A stretch of 64,000 bases of DNA from Marsupella aquatica (taxonomy: Eukaryota > Plantae > Marchantiophyta): the NCBI GenBank assembly GCA_973895155.1, contig OZ316894.1, positions 24,302,709 to 24,366,708 on the forward strand. Direction: 5' to 3'. Position 1 is the stretch's first letter; every line of letters starts with the position of its first letter. This document shows, one piece after another, positions 22,401-35,700 of the stretch. The notes below the pieces were generated by a model. That model saw only the letters and a list, made by a program, of their open reading frames with translations, did no database searches and was not told where the DNA came from. Made by a program: the position numbers and the translations under genes.

Positions 22401-25400
22401 CTGTAACGGTCTACCCTAGAGAACTTCAATACACCATCTTCTTTAGGCCATCTGGTCGGGTGGATCGAGCATCAGAGTCTCGAAAGCTATTTCTTTACAA
22501 AACGTAACGAACGGCACAATTCTTGCTCTTTTTGGGTTTCGGACAGTTTCCTTGCTTCCAGGCTTCCAGGCTTCCAGCTGAGAGCTCGGTACTTCGTCAT
22601 TATGCCCTGTGAGTGAATCCTCGGCTTCTGCCTACCTCCATTGTCTCGTTGTACCACGTATGGCCACCTCCACCCCTTGATAGAGAATGTCTGCAGGGCA
22701 TTAACATGGACATGGTAGTACGTGGGTACATTATTCCTGAGCCCCAAACTCCCAGGGCTACTTGCCCACCTTCACCAGTCTCCCAACTTGACATAATTCC
22801 TGAGTGCCAATCAGCTGGAGCTACTTGCCCACCATCACCAATGTCCCAACAGGCTCCTTTTTTTTTATGAGCCCAGGTCATGCTGCTCACAAGACTCTTC
22901 AAGGTAGGAGAAAACTCTTCACCCCTACGTGCTTCCTACCAGGGCCATCAATCTACACTATGGGGTCTCAACCAGCTGTTCTATGGAGGTTTTATGCAAC
23001 CTGATTGAATGCTGCAGACCTTGGTTGTGGGTGAAATATGTGCGGTCCTAAAAAAACACTAGCATGCATCACTAATTTGGGTGGTCAGTTCACCGGCGTC
23101 CACACAGGAGATTTGTCCATAGGAACGTGTCAGTTGGACCTTCAGAAAAAGACCAAAGTCAGAAATCTAGGGGGTCTCACTCTCCCCACAACTTTGTGGG
23201 TGAATATCCAAAACAATCGCAGAAAGTTTTGTTATCATTTTCTACCCCTATCTTTGTGTAATATTCTAACAATAGCTCAAAATACACATATACCAAATTG
23301 TGACATATTTGTAAATATTTTTTTAATTAGAACATCTTTACTTAGTGTCAAAGTAGTTAAAAGTTGTAAAACTATTATAATGCATAAAATTGGATAGACT
23401 CTATTAATGTTCTTTCATAAAAATTTATATTCCACTATTAAACCCAACAACAAAAAATTATATTTATTTGAGTGTGATGGGTACGTTGAAAGAAAATCAG
23501 GGAATTTGATGATGTTCTGACCAACCTCAACCAAAACCCCTTAGGTAAGTTTTCCCAACAGTTGGGTTTGGTGAGGTTGTGGACAGAAATTCCTCGTAAT
23601 AGCTGACAGGAAATAAATGTGAAACTGAAGGTTTGAGATGCCATAGTACATTGTTGTCCACCCCCCCTCCCAAAAAGGTCTATATCCTTAAATTCTAAAT
23701 CACAGTTTATCAAGGAGATATTTGTGGATCCCTCTGTTACTTTGCTTTATTGGGGAGGACCAGCCTGGTTGAATAGAAGGCACCTTTGGGGACACCCTAG
23801 TTTCTTCAACCCGAGGATTCCCATGCCCGCAACCCTTCTCCGGTTTCTGCTGGCCTCCAGCTTTAGGGTTTATGCCATACAGCTTCTTATGGGTTTTGAC
23901 ATTTCTATGCATGTCATGCTCAAGGTCATGCCTAGGTACATGGTCACTCATGGGTGTTGCCCTCCATATCTCTACCATGATTGCCAGTCTTTGGCTTCAG
24001 CATACGTTTTCCAGCACTTGATTCATTGCTTATTTTAGCAAGTTAGGGCCATATTGAGTCCATGGTCTAAGTAGTGCAAATTTGGATATTCAGAAGCAAC
24101 TTAGCCCATTTGTTAAGGGCAACTTTGGCTTGGCCCCTCCTTAGTTTGTTTCAACTCATCATTAACTCAGTTTTTCTGAATCATTGCTGAAGAAGAGCCA
24201 TTGTGACTTGCTACCAACAGAGCTGATTTAAGATCTACTTGGCATGCTAAGGTATAAGACCTAGCCCACAGACTGGCTCTATTGCAAGGGCTCAAAACCG
24301 TACAATAATTTATTTAGCATAATTGGATAAACAGTATTGTGAGATACTAACACTCACAAGGAAACCTTTAATTATGACTTGCTTATATTAATGTAATGGC
24401 AAGTAATATGCTTACTAGCCAATAGTACGTGATGCATAGTTTTGTTGCGGCGATATTTATATATTGACGTTGTTACTAGGTTGCTGCATGCAAAAGTGTT
24501 GGCATCCCGGGGTTGACATAAAAAGAAAGAGTATGTTTACAAATGCAGAGGGTTTGCCTTCGTGAAAAGTGTCAGCCCTTGTGAAAATGTTGTCGTAAGT
24601 TGGAAAAAACCCATGTTGTTAAATGGTGCAGATGGCTCCAAGGTGAAAGCAAAGGTTGTCAAATGATTTGCATGCATGACTGAAAGTCAATGAAAGCAGG
24701 CTGGGGATAATTTGGTAAGGAGAGTTGGGGCAAGAGCTATTAACAGCAAGAGTTCCAAAGAGCAAAATAACAAGCTAGTGAGGGTAATTTAGATGCGTTC
24801 AAGGCTAAGACTGTGTGCCTGGGCAGAAAAAATTGATCAGTTACCCCCTTTAATCCCCCTCCCATTCACTTGTTCTTTGTTTTTCTGTCCCTCTGCATGC
24901 CCCCTTCCTTACCTTTTCCCTCCATACCATGTATCCATGTATGTATGATATTGGGGGCAACCTGATACTAACTAAATTAGTTTTTGTAACAAATTAATAA
25001 CTTTAACCAGGTTGGGGGATAGGATAGTAAATAATGACAATACTAAAACAAGAGAACAATACTATGGCCTTGATTTACTTCTTGCAATGAAAAATAATTC
25101 ATGTTTCACACTGGTCTGGACTTACCTAAGATGAGCAGGGATGTCACTAAGCTACTTACCTTTCACGTTCAGCCAGATTTCTCCTTGTCCAGGCTACCCT
25201 TGGGATTTGTCCCCCAGTGCGATACACTCAGGTACATTTGGCTTTTTTAGTGGGACTCATTTGGCTCGTCCAAGTCTTCTTGATGCCATTAATTATTTTT
25301 CTCTTTGTCATTTTCAGGGCATTCTTGGAAAAGAATGCATAATCAAGATTTGAATCAGTTCATCATGAAAATTGTCGTCTATGTTGACTCAAAATATGTA

Positions 25401-28400
25401 TATCTTAGGCCTTGAAGTGCATCAATGTCCTGCTATGTTATCAGACCATTATGGGCAATAATAACCCGGTAATCTGAACTTCACAGTGTCGAAAAGAAAT
25501 GAAAAGTTACTGAAAAACATGCGCATGGTCCATTATCCCTTACAAGCACATTACTATATACAACAAAAAACAATTAAAAAAACCAGCGCATATGCAGGAA
25601 GCCTATTCTGAGAGGAGACAATTCCACTAGACTATGTGGACCTCTTGCTCCTAGAAATCGGAAGAAAGTGCTTTGCATAGAAGGGAAGACTTGACGAGCT
25701 GAATCGCCAGAAGAAGTTGATAATAAGTTGGGGTGGTGAGATGCAGGTAGGATTTTCAACGGGCAATGGCTAAGCTGGAGATTTCCCTGACATTGGACCA
25801 AAGGCAGCTCGACTGGCTGCAAAACATGGCTGACAAGTACAGCCTTCCAACTGCAGGTCCAGCCAGACCTCGACAACCTCAATCAAATCCGTCCATATGA
25901 TTTTCAGCTGCCTACTTAGGTTTTCATTCAGCTCTGCTATGTTTTTGGTGAACTGAAATAACGTGAAATTGAGATTTGAATGTGTTTCGTGGGAACTCGT
26001 TACTGAATATTCACATTCAGCAATGGCCTTCGCTGTTAGGGTTTGGTCTATTGGATCCATTACTCGGACTCTACTCAGATTATTTCTATGTTCCTCTCGG
26101 ATTTATTGGTTTGCAAATTCTCTCCGGCCTTAGCTAACCTCAAATTCGTTGGAGATCGGATTCTCACCTCGCATGAACTCGCATAAACATGACCATCCTG
26201 TCCTAGCTCTGTTTCTTGAGCAATTTATAGAGGTGTCCGTGGTCCACGTCATGAACTTTTGTGAAATTCTGATGAACGGATTTTCTGTGATACTGTGGTG
26301 ATTTGTTTTTATAGTTGGTCGTTTTGCCAACATAAGTTTGTCAGGCACTAAAGGATTTGCGTTTCTCTCATGCGGGTCTGTTCAGACAAGGCTCTCAGAA
26401 TTGTGATTCTGTTCACGAAGCGAGGAAAAGAGTTTAACCAGACTATCTTTAAGGAGGTGGGTGATGATTGAACTGCTGCACAAGTTCACGCTGAGATTTG
26501 ATTTATTGTCATATGGGACTCAGTTTCTGAATTCTTGGATGACATTGGTAAGAGTTCCGTTTCAGCCATTATTGTGAGCAAAAATGCTTGATCTAACAGA
26601 GACAAATATTATACAATATACGAGCTGTTTAATTCGCTGGAAATTTTATATACGAGCTGTTTAATTGGCTGGAAATGTGGACGGGCTTGTCACTAATTGT
26701 TCAAGCAGAATATGTTGCAGTTGCTTTCTCGTCCAGAAAGCCAAATTGTTGCGACTTGAGCCTCGTTCTGTCTGGCGTGGTTCAATTCGGTCAACATAGC
26801 CCTTAAAAAACAGTCAGACCAAACATGAAGCTATATTTTATATCACGATTTAAGAACGGCGAAGGATGGACCAACCCCTTATTGAAGCAGAGCCTCAGAA
26901 GGTGTCTCGAATAACCTGCAACAGCTAGATGCCGACAGCAAACTTTCCAGGGAAACAGTTCTTGACCTCCAACTCAAATCTAACAGTGCCCTGGCGTCAA
27001 ATAATTACGAAATTTGGCTCTAGAATTTTTAGCAGTGCAATGGTGTGTGGCTGCAGATTGACGTCCAAGAAGTGAAAAATGGAGTTACTGGACAACATGC
27101 TGTTGACAAAGTTGTAAGTTGTTCGGTCTAAAGTGTCCTTTCGGCCAAGACTATCGGCCACGATGCTCGTTATCTTTGGTAAATTCAGAAAACAGTATGA
27201 ACAAAAAACTCGCTATCAAACTACTTAATGTCACGAAAGTCCAAAGCAAAATTCTGTCGAAGAAATTTAATGGACTGTAACTTGTAGTGTTGCTGCTTAT
27301 TGACTCCGGGTACATGATGTTTGAATTTCAGCATGTCGACTATCTGGAAGAAGTTGTCAGAAACTACAAACTTTCCAGTAATGATCAGGTGTGCGTCAGG
27401 GATTGATTTTGGTGAAGCAGGAGGATCTGGCCGACTCAATCTGACTGCCAACTCGTTATTGTTTCAGCATTTGTAGAATTGATATGTTTATGTGAGTTGT
27501 ATGCATGCAGTTTTATGTTCCAGCTGCACACGTAAGACAGAGTTCTCACTAATCGTGTCATGATGGATGCAGGCGGTGCAGATAATGGTGGAAAATGCTA
27601 TCTCTCGTATTGATGAAAAGACTCTGTTTGGAGTGAAACTATGCAAACATGGGGACAGCTGTAAACATTGCTAGCTCAGAAATGTGTATCGAACATAACT
27701 CGAAATGAAGCTAAATATCTTTCATGCTTAACTAATACGAGAGAAGCGTGCAGGAATGCTATTTTCTTAGTCTAACCCCTACCGAACTCCAATTCTAGTA
27801 TATCATCTTGAAGGTCGTTATTGTAAAACACTCACCCCCTGCATGATCTCGAAAGTACCTAGAGTTGAGAGATGATGGGCTTTAGAGGGATTAATCCGTA
27901 GGGTCAATGGTTGCAGGGGCTTGGTGTCATAAGGAACAATCCTAATAGAAAATTCCACACTTCACGGGAGAAGACAGAGTTCACAACGAGGTCCGGAGAT
28001 CGCTTGATATGGATTCCAATTAAATCATTAGTCCTACTAATTGTCAATGATGTTGTGGAACTTATGCTTCCTATTTACTCGAGTGTTACGGATGAATTCC
28101 TGCTGTATCTGTTGATAGTATTACCGTGATATTAAGCTCACGTCTACGAAGATTTCAACTTATCTAAATTAAAGCGCGCGATTCTCTGATTTTAGGTGTT
28201 GTTCCAGCTTCATGGGCGCTTTAATTCTTGCAATTGCTGAGATTGACGCTTCACTTCTCTTTGTCAACCACAACCAGATGGCTCACGAATCAATTGAGGA
28301 AGTCGCTTAGCCCCCAGTGCTAGGATTTTATTTTCCTCTGAGAATTCATTTTTCTTTGGTTTTTAACAAGGGGAAGGAAACCCCACGCTACCGTAGGCAT

Positions 28401-31400
28401 TTTGCCACAGAGGGCAAAAGTTAGGGTCCTGGGTTTCGCTCCCTCTTGGTGAGCTGCTGCCCCCTCTCCCTCCTTCTGGAAGGACACACAAGATCCTCTT
28501 GGTGACTGCATGTCTCCTTAGCCTCGTTGGTTGTCCTCACAAGAAATATCCATTCAGAAGGAGGGACAGGTGAGTGTAAAAGTAATCCTGGTTGTGGTGG
28601 GCTTGGCTTGGCTTGGCTTGGCTTTTGGGGGTAAGTTGGTTTCTCTCTGCTTACCTCCAAGAAAATAAATCAGCTACAAGTTAAGGCATGATGAAAATTT
28701 AATGGGGCTGTTTTTGCCCTTGCCCTGTAATCCGCCACCATCAGCAATCCCGGTGGTGCTGTGGAGATTATCTTATGTGCCCTTGATTCTGAGTCCAAGA
28801 AATGCCAGGGAGACTTTCTAAAGAGAATTAGAAAACTGTGCTTGCAATTTGGACTCTAATTCTGAACAGTACAGGTATTGCTGCACCCCCAGCTGCACTT
28901 AATTCAAATCATTGGAATTCTTGAATGTGGATCTTGCACCATTTTTCCAATGCTCAACAACGCGGGTATTCCCGCACCTGATTAAAATCACTTCCTTCTT
29001 TAATGTGGGCTTTGCACGGTTAATTGTACCATGTCAGGAGACTGTAATTAAGGCAATGGTTAGAAAGTACTGAACTCCTTTGCAACATCAAACCACCTGC
29101 AACAAGGAAAACCAAAGTGGGAGAATGTATTCGAAATACAGTAGTGAATTATTTTTGCATTTATACAGTCCGATTGAGCCCTTGATATTTGAACCAGCAG
29201 GTTTAATCTGGACTGCTGTTAGTCACTTTCTGGGCCTCTTTCTTTCCCTCTATAACTTCCTTAAAACCCATCCTCTAGTAACTTGAATAACCAATTTGTG
29301 TTTCACAAGGTCAGTGGAGTATTTATTTCATCTACAATCTGAGGTTGACCAGGAGATGTAGACTCTCTAAATCATGGACATTTCCCATACTTCCTGGACA
29401 CAACGGCATTGTGCTCCAAATCCAAATTAATCAACAACTGCAATATAGGGTCTAATGTTTAGATCCAGTTCCCAAATGAAACAGCAACTCATTTTCTTCT
29501 GCCTAGGTGGTGTGACTCAATGTGTGCCCACCAAAAGCATAAAATAACCAAATATTATCCACACCCAGAGACTACTTTAATAAAGGGAAGTTCTTTTGTC
29601 CTCACAATTAAAGTTTAATGTGGCGCATAGGTGCTTTAACGTTGGGTCTTGCTCTTCAACTTTGAGAATATGTGCACCATAGACAAGAAACGATTATGGG
29701 CAGAAATTAGTGGGGATCATGGATGAATGCATGCATGCATGTCAGTCCGTCCAGCTGTAAGGAGAACACTTGGCAGCTCTGAAATTATCAATGGACACAA
29801 CTTTAGAGGCTAATCCACAATTTCTATGACAGCTGCCTGATGGTGATTGAATCTACAGAAGTTTCGCAACTATTGAGCATATCTTGGTAATTTAGCTTAT
29901 CACCCTTACCCCTGTTCATGGTTGTCCTATTTTCCCAAGAAGGAAAAAACTAAAAAATAACAATCACCCGGGCCTCTAAGAATGATGGATGACCAAGATT
30001 TGTCCATACAAGATCGAACCATCTGGATTGTACATTTGTGATGAAAAATAAACGGGAAAATAAATGGTACATCTGCCACGTACCTAGCATTTGCCATTCT
30101 AAAGAGCCTACTATCTTGAGTGAAACCTCTCAGACTTGAGTCTGGAGCACGATTGGTGGTGGAATTATTGGAAACGGCTACAATGGTATGTACCATCGAT
30201 TTACAAACCAAGCTCAGGCAAGGTGAGTGTTTACTAAACAATAAACTCATTCGAAGTGGTTGGTAGAGTACATATAAACCTTTGACCGTAAAGTGACTAA
30301 AGTCTCACGGAGTATCCAATCACCAAGGTGGGTCAGGTAAAAAAGGCTTGCAAAACACTTGTGAATGACATATTAATTCATTTCCTCCCAAAAAGGTGAA
30401 ACTAGTAGCTCATTTTAGGTAGCACGCATTGGAGTAAAACAACTTGCCTGGGTTTCCCTAAATTATTCCTTTGAATGTCTTTTCTACAGTCTAACTGTAC
30501 AAAATTGGAGTACTTGACACTCATTGAACACACCCGCTGGGATCCCCATGTAGTCATCCAAAAATTCTGGCACAACCTCTGGATTGGAGGATTGGGCCCC
30601 TAACAGATATAGACTATGGCTTGGGACAGCTACTGCCACTGGTATCTTTGCGGACATGTTGTTGGACTATGGGTCTTATGCCAGCCTTTGGAAGGTTCAT
30701 GAGGAGCCTCTCCAGGTTCCCCCCTGCCACCTAGACCTCCATGAATTTTCAATAGCTTTTAGGGTAGGAGTTTGTTCTGTGAATATATAGATTGACAGGG
30801 TAATTCTTGTCAAGGACCCACTTGATGGCCAGGGGCCGGGGCTTCTTCACTGGCCAGTCTTAGGGAGTGTGCTACTCCCTCTATATACAATACAATAGTT
30901 GAACTTATTGTTTAGCTATCTCTCATGAAGTTTTTTTTCGGCTGTGGTCCCCAGCCTTTAGCACTTCTACCTCGTCTCCCCCTAGGTGTTGTCCCCCCTA
31001 GTGGGTCACCTGTTCTACTCTGTCTCTTTGAATCCAATTCAATTGGATGTTTCAAGGCCAAGAAAATAAAATATGGAGGATTTCCTCCTGTAAATTGCTG
31101 TCATCCAGCTCGATGGGTCTGTAAATTGCTGAAATTATTTTCTCTTTAAACTCCCTAGTTGAATGGGCGCCTAGGAATTACAGAGATTAAACATATTGGT
31201 TTGGTTATTCTACGAGAAGAATTTTGTCTCCTGTCACCTTCTCCTTCTCCGTCATCCTCGACTTTTAGCACCGGATCTCCATGGAGTGCGCGCAGTCCTT
31301 ACTACTCCAGGAATCCACTCGGTCCAGCTTTGAGTTCCTCCTCGGGCGGGAGGAATCTCGTCCTCCTCCGCCGCCTCGCAAGGAGCGTGTTAAAGCGTTC

Positions 31401-32773
31401 CTCCCGTTGTTCTCAGTTTTCAAGTGGCCTGAACCACCTTCAATCGATCACTGGTGAGTCCTGTTACATGCGTGCATGAATTGTTTGCTCTACCAGAAAC
31501 TACTGACTAACACGTAATTGAGTAATCCAGTCTCTCCCCATGTACATCCTCGTTGTAATCACGGCTTCGTCAACAACAATCTCGTCAAGCACGCCCCATT
31601 GGGCTCCCTCTTCAATTCAGATCAGTTTTGCTGGCTGGTCTGGCTGGACATCATTCTCGGAGTCACGCGGTAAAGTAGAGCTTCCGTGATCCTGGAATGG
31701 TGTGGTGAATGAATTGATTGACGTAGAGATGTATCGTGCGGCTAGGATGTATCTGGAGCTCAATTTAGGGGGTCTTCTCGTTGGATTTAATGGTGCCGCA
31801 GGAGCCTGGTCGGGACGATGTGCTCGATTGTCATGTCCGCAAGATTTCTTAGAATGTAGCTAGTTTTTGGTGAAGGATCTCTGGCGATCTGTGCCAGGTG
31901 ATCAATATTGGAGACCTTGACGTCGTACAATTGGTTTAAAGAGCTCCGAGGCGGTACCTTGCAACGAAATTTTTTGTGGAGTTATTGTGGATGAATGATG
32001 CAGTTCAGTGAATGATTTCGGTCCGAGTCTCGATTTAGATTTCGATTTCAATTTCGACTTTGGAGGTTTAATTTGTCATGGATCTCAAGTAGCTTGGTCA
32101 CGTACGGTTGGTGAAACGACATATTCATCCGGTGTTGGCCCACGTCGATCTTGAGCTCAATTTGGGACCTTAGATCGTATTTCAGTCCCATTAGACTGGT
32201 TGAAACAAACAAGTTTTTACTTCGCAGGTTCCGAAGTGGATCTCAAGAACCCCGCCAGCCCGGACGAAATCTGTGTTTCTCGTATCAGTTCCAGAGAATT
32301 GTGGAGTTCTGGCGGTTTAGTTGAAGTGGCTAGGTTCTGTAGGACTGCTGGTTATGGTGGCGGGGTTCTGTTTCGAATTTTTGACGTCTGACGGCTTGTG
32401 GATTTCAGGATGTCCGGTTCGAACTACTTGACTGTCTGAAAGTATTGAGCGACTGATTTGCTGGAATATTTTCGCTAATGTCAGGTTCGGCCCGAACGCA
32501 ATTCGTCCACTCTTCGATGTCATTGGGGATGTCATTGTTATCAGAGATTTGACTTTCACAGTCTACGGTGGAATATTGAAGCCTGAAAGTATTGGTTAAT
32601 GTGGTGTGCTCATCGAATAGCTCCATAGTGTCAGTTATGGCCTCAGAGGTCGTTGCTGTGTCGGGCTACGCACCGATATAACGTGGAGATTTAATTAGCG
32701 TTGGAAACTACAGTAGTTGGGTGGGAAACGTACAGTGGCGGTGCTTGACTAAGTCCCAATCGTTGGGGTCGAG

Positions 32774-35700
32774 ATGGCGAGGGGGTCGGACGATGGTGGC
32801 CAGGGAAGCTCGAAGGACAGAAATACGAAGCAGCAGCTAAGTGGCAGACAATTATCCGTGGTAGGAGGCGGCCTTGTGGTGGGCATTGCCACTGTTGTCG
32901 TGGTTGGGGTGGCCGGAAAATTGCTTTCAAAATTGAGGAAGCCGAAGGATTTAGCCAACAACAACTCCCCTTATAACATTCCTACCGATGCCCTCGACAC
33001 GGTCATCCATGAGGAGAATTCCGACATGCAGATTAATGTGGACGGTGTGATGCTACCTACGAATGAAATTCTTAGAAATGGAAAGAGTTGCAGCGCTTTA
33101 GATCTCGAGAACGCAGGCTCGGATCACAATGACCCGACCAGCGCATCTGTTGCAGTGGATCCTCTGGACGTCTCAGCCCACAGCGACCTTCACACGGAAT
33201 GTTCCCCTCGAATCATTACTGGCCGGAAATTATCTCCTGACCAACTGCATTCGGATCATTTTGGACTTTTCATACATGAGCACAGCAAAGAAGGGAAGGG
33301 CTCCTCTGCTGCGAGCGAAACAGCTTTATCCGAATTATTGAACCACGCTCTGCTAGACGCGAAGCATGAGAGCCCCTCCAAGCACGAGCTCCTAAGCAAC
33401 ACCAAAGCACTACAAGACGGAATCGCAGGGGTCATTTCTCGTGCTTTCGAGGACTTCAGCCACGGAGACATGTCTAGTGACGAGCTGACTTCCACAAAGG
33501 TGAAGCTGACGATATCATGGGAGACGAATAGCTCCTCAGGCTCCCAGGAAGAACATGTTCAAGTTAACAAGGAAGCTTCACTTGCAGGTACTCTTCTGCT
33601 CCTGCTGACAATTAACTTGAGATCTATATGCTGAACAGAGCAATTGGTCAGCTACCGGATTGAGGTGTTTTCGTCACGTTGTTCCGTCAATTCTTCGATC
33701 TTGTTTCCTTTCTTATTTATTGATAAATGTGGATCGTCACAGAGAATGCACTATTACTGCCCGGCTCCACCAAAACAGAAGCGGAGGAACAGGTAATCGA
33801 AAGGTATGTTCAATTCTGCAATCCCATGCCGGGTGACTCGTTAGCGCAAGCTTCGACTTTTGCGGTGTGTTTTGTGACCTTAGTTGAGAAGATGCTCCTG
33901 CTAGATCACACAATTTTAGATGATTGTAGAGATCTAAGGTGAAAATTTAGGCTTTCCGTTTGACAAAAAAAAGTAGACAGTGAACCCCAAACTTGCACTC
34001 AAGTTATTTTGGGTCAAACGAGAAGCAGCAGATTGCTCAGCACAGGAATGAGTATAGTGGCACTAAAGGCCTCACGGAAAAGAATGGATAGAACAGACCT
34101 TGTGGAGGCTACACGTAAGGTGGAATTTCTCAAAGCTCGGACACTGTGGGTCGTTCAATGGCAATGTCAACAGAACAACAATCTGAATAGGACATATACC
34201 CTTGGATACAAACCTTTATCGGTACGGGAGGTTGTTCGCATTGGAAGCAAACATCTCTGCCTTGCATGCAAACAGAATTACAATTGAATATTGTAAGTAG
34301 AAGGTGTTCCATTTTATTGTTTTCATTTGTCGAGTGTGCACTTCTAAACTCTCACATCATGAAGAGTGCATAGACCCACACTTCATCATGTCAGAGTATT
34401 AGAAGTGACCTTCTGCTCCCACTTCTCAAACCCATTTCAAAGGAGTTTTGGATGCATTGAGGTTCAGCATTCTCTGACCCACAGTGGGTATGCGGCACAT
34501 TTTAAACTGTTTAGGATGATTTTGAAGCGTTGACGTTTGGTTTGTTTTGGACTCTGTTACCAATAAGCTCACAATGCCGCCCCGCCCCCTTCCCAGTCCC
34601 AAGTATTGTCCTTTTCTCGTTCATGTCCGAATCCCCCTCCCCCTCTTCCCCTGCTTCCCCCTTTTTCAAGGTTCCCCCAACATGATATACAGTAGAGGAA
34701 GAACTTAACTCTACAGAGGAAGAATTAAAATCTCGAGTGAGAAGGGTGAGAGTCTTTCTGTAGTTACAGATTTTCTACTGATGTTGGACTTCATACTCAC
34801 TGAACTGATCCCAGTCGACACTTGTGTGTTTCGTGTAAACGCTGTTCATTTTGATCAGATCCCTTGAGAAACGTAGCAAATTTTGTGAACCTCCAGCCGT
34901 GATATATCACAGTGCTCAATTATAGGGGTAGAGGTTTCCCAGGTTTATTGAATGTCCAGCGTGACATATTATCCTCCTTGCACAACGTGGCCATTTCTGT
35001 GAAACTCTGCTTTGCCATCATCCTGGCTTTTCGTGTGATCAATGTGCTTAATTGTCATAGAAGTTTCCCCAGTACTGTACCGGATATGTAATTTGACATA
35101 TTGCCTTGATCATGTGACAATGTTCCAGGATAAATCATGATCCACAAGTCAGTCAGGACGAAGAAGTGGCACCTGGACCTGTTCATGATTCTTCAGCACC
35201 AATTGAGGAACAGGTGAGCAGCTCATTCTATCAGTGTTGTGATCACTGGAGAAAAAAATCTTTCGTAGTCCTCCCAGCTAGCACCCTTCAATTTCATCTA
35301 GGAAAGGAAATTTTGTTGCTACTTATTTGGATGATAGTAGGGGAATACCATTCAATTACTAACACAACAGAAAGAATAGAAGAAAGAAGGATTTATTCAG
35401 GTTGTGTCGTGAATGGAATCAGGTGTAAATTTACTTTGGCAAAGATGGGCTTGCTATTATAGAATAGGATCAACTCTTCCAGTCAGAGCTTACTTTCTTT
35501 TCAAGCAAGCTCCTACAGCGCACAAGTGCCGTTACTCCTGTGAAGCACTAATTCTTTTCGAGAAACCTTGAATCAAGAGAAACCAATTGGCAGAACGCGT
35601 CATGTCTCCACTTTATGATGGTGTCTCTTCAACATATCTTGTAAAGCAATTAGTGTCGCATTTAATAGTACATATGCAATCACTGCAAAATATCATATTT

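Noticed and set aside
20345-31150. Numerous 60-120 aa ORFs and exon-like patches (e.g. 25770-26060, 26700-27700)
   Set aside because: No recognisable domain or consistent spliced reading frame; probably intergenic DNA or heavily decayed repeats
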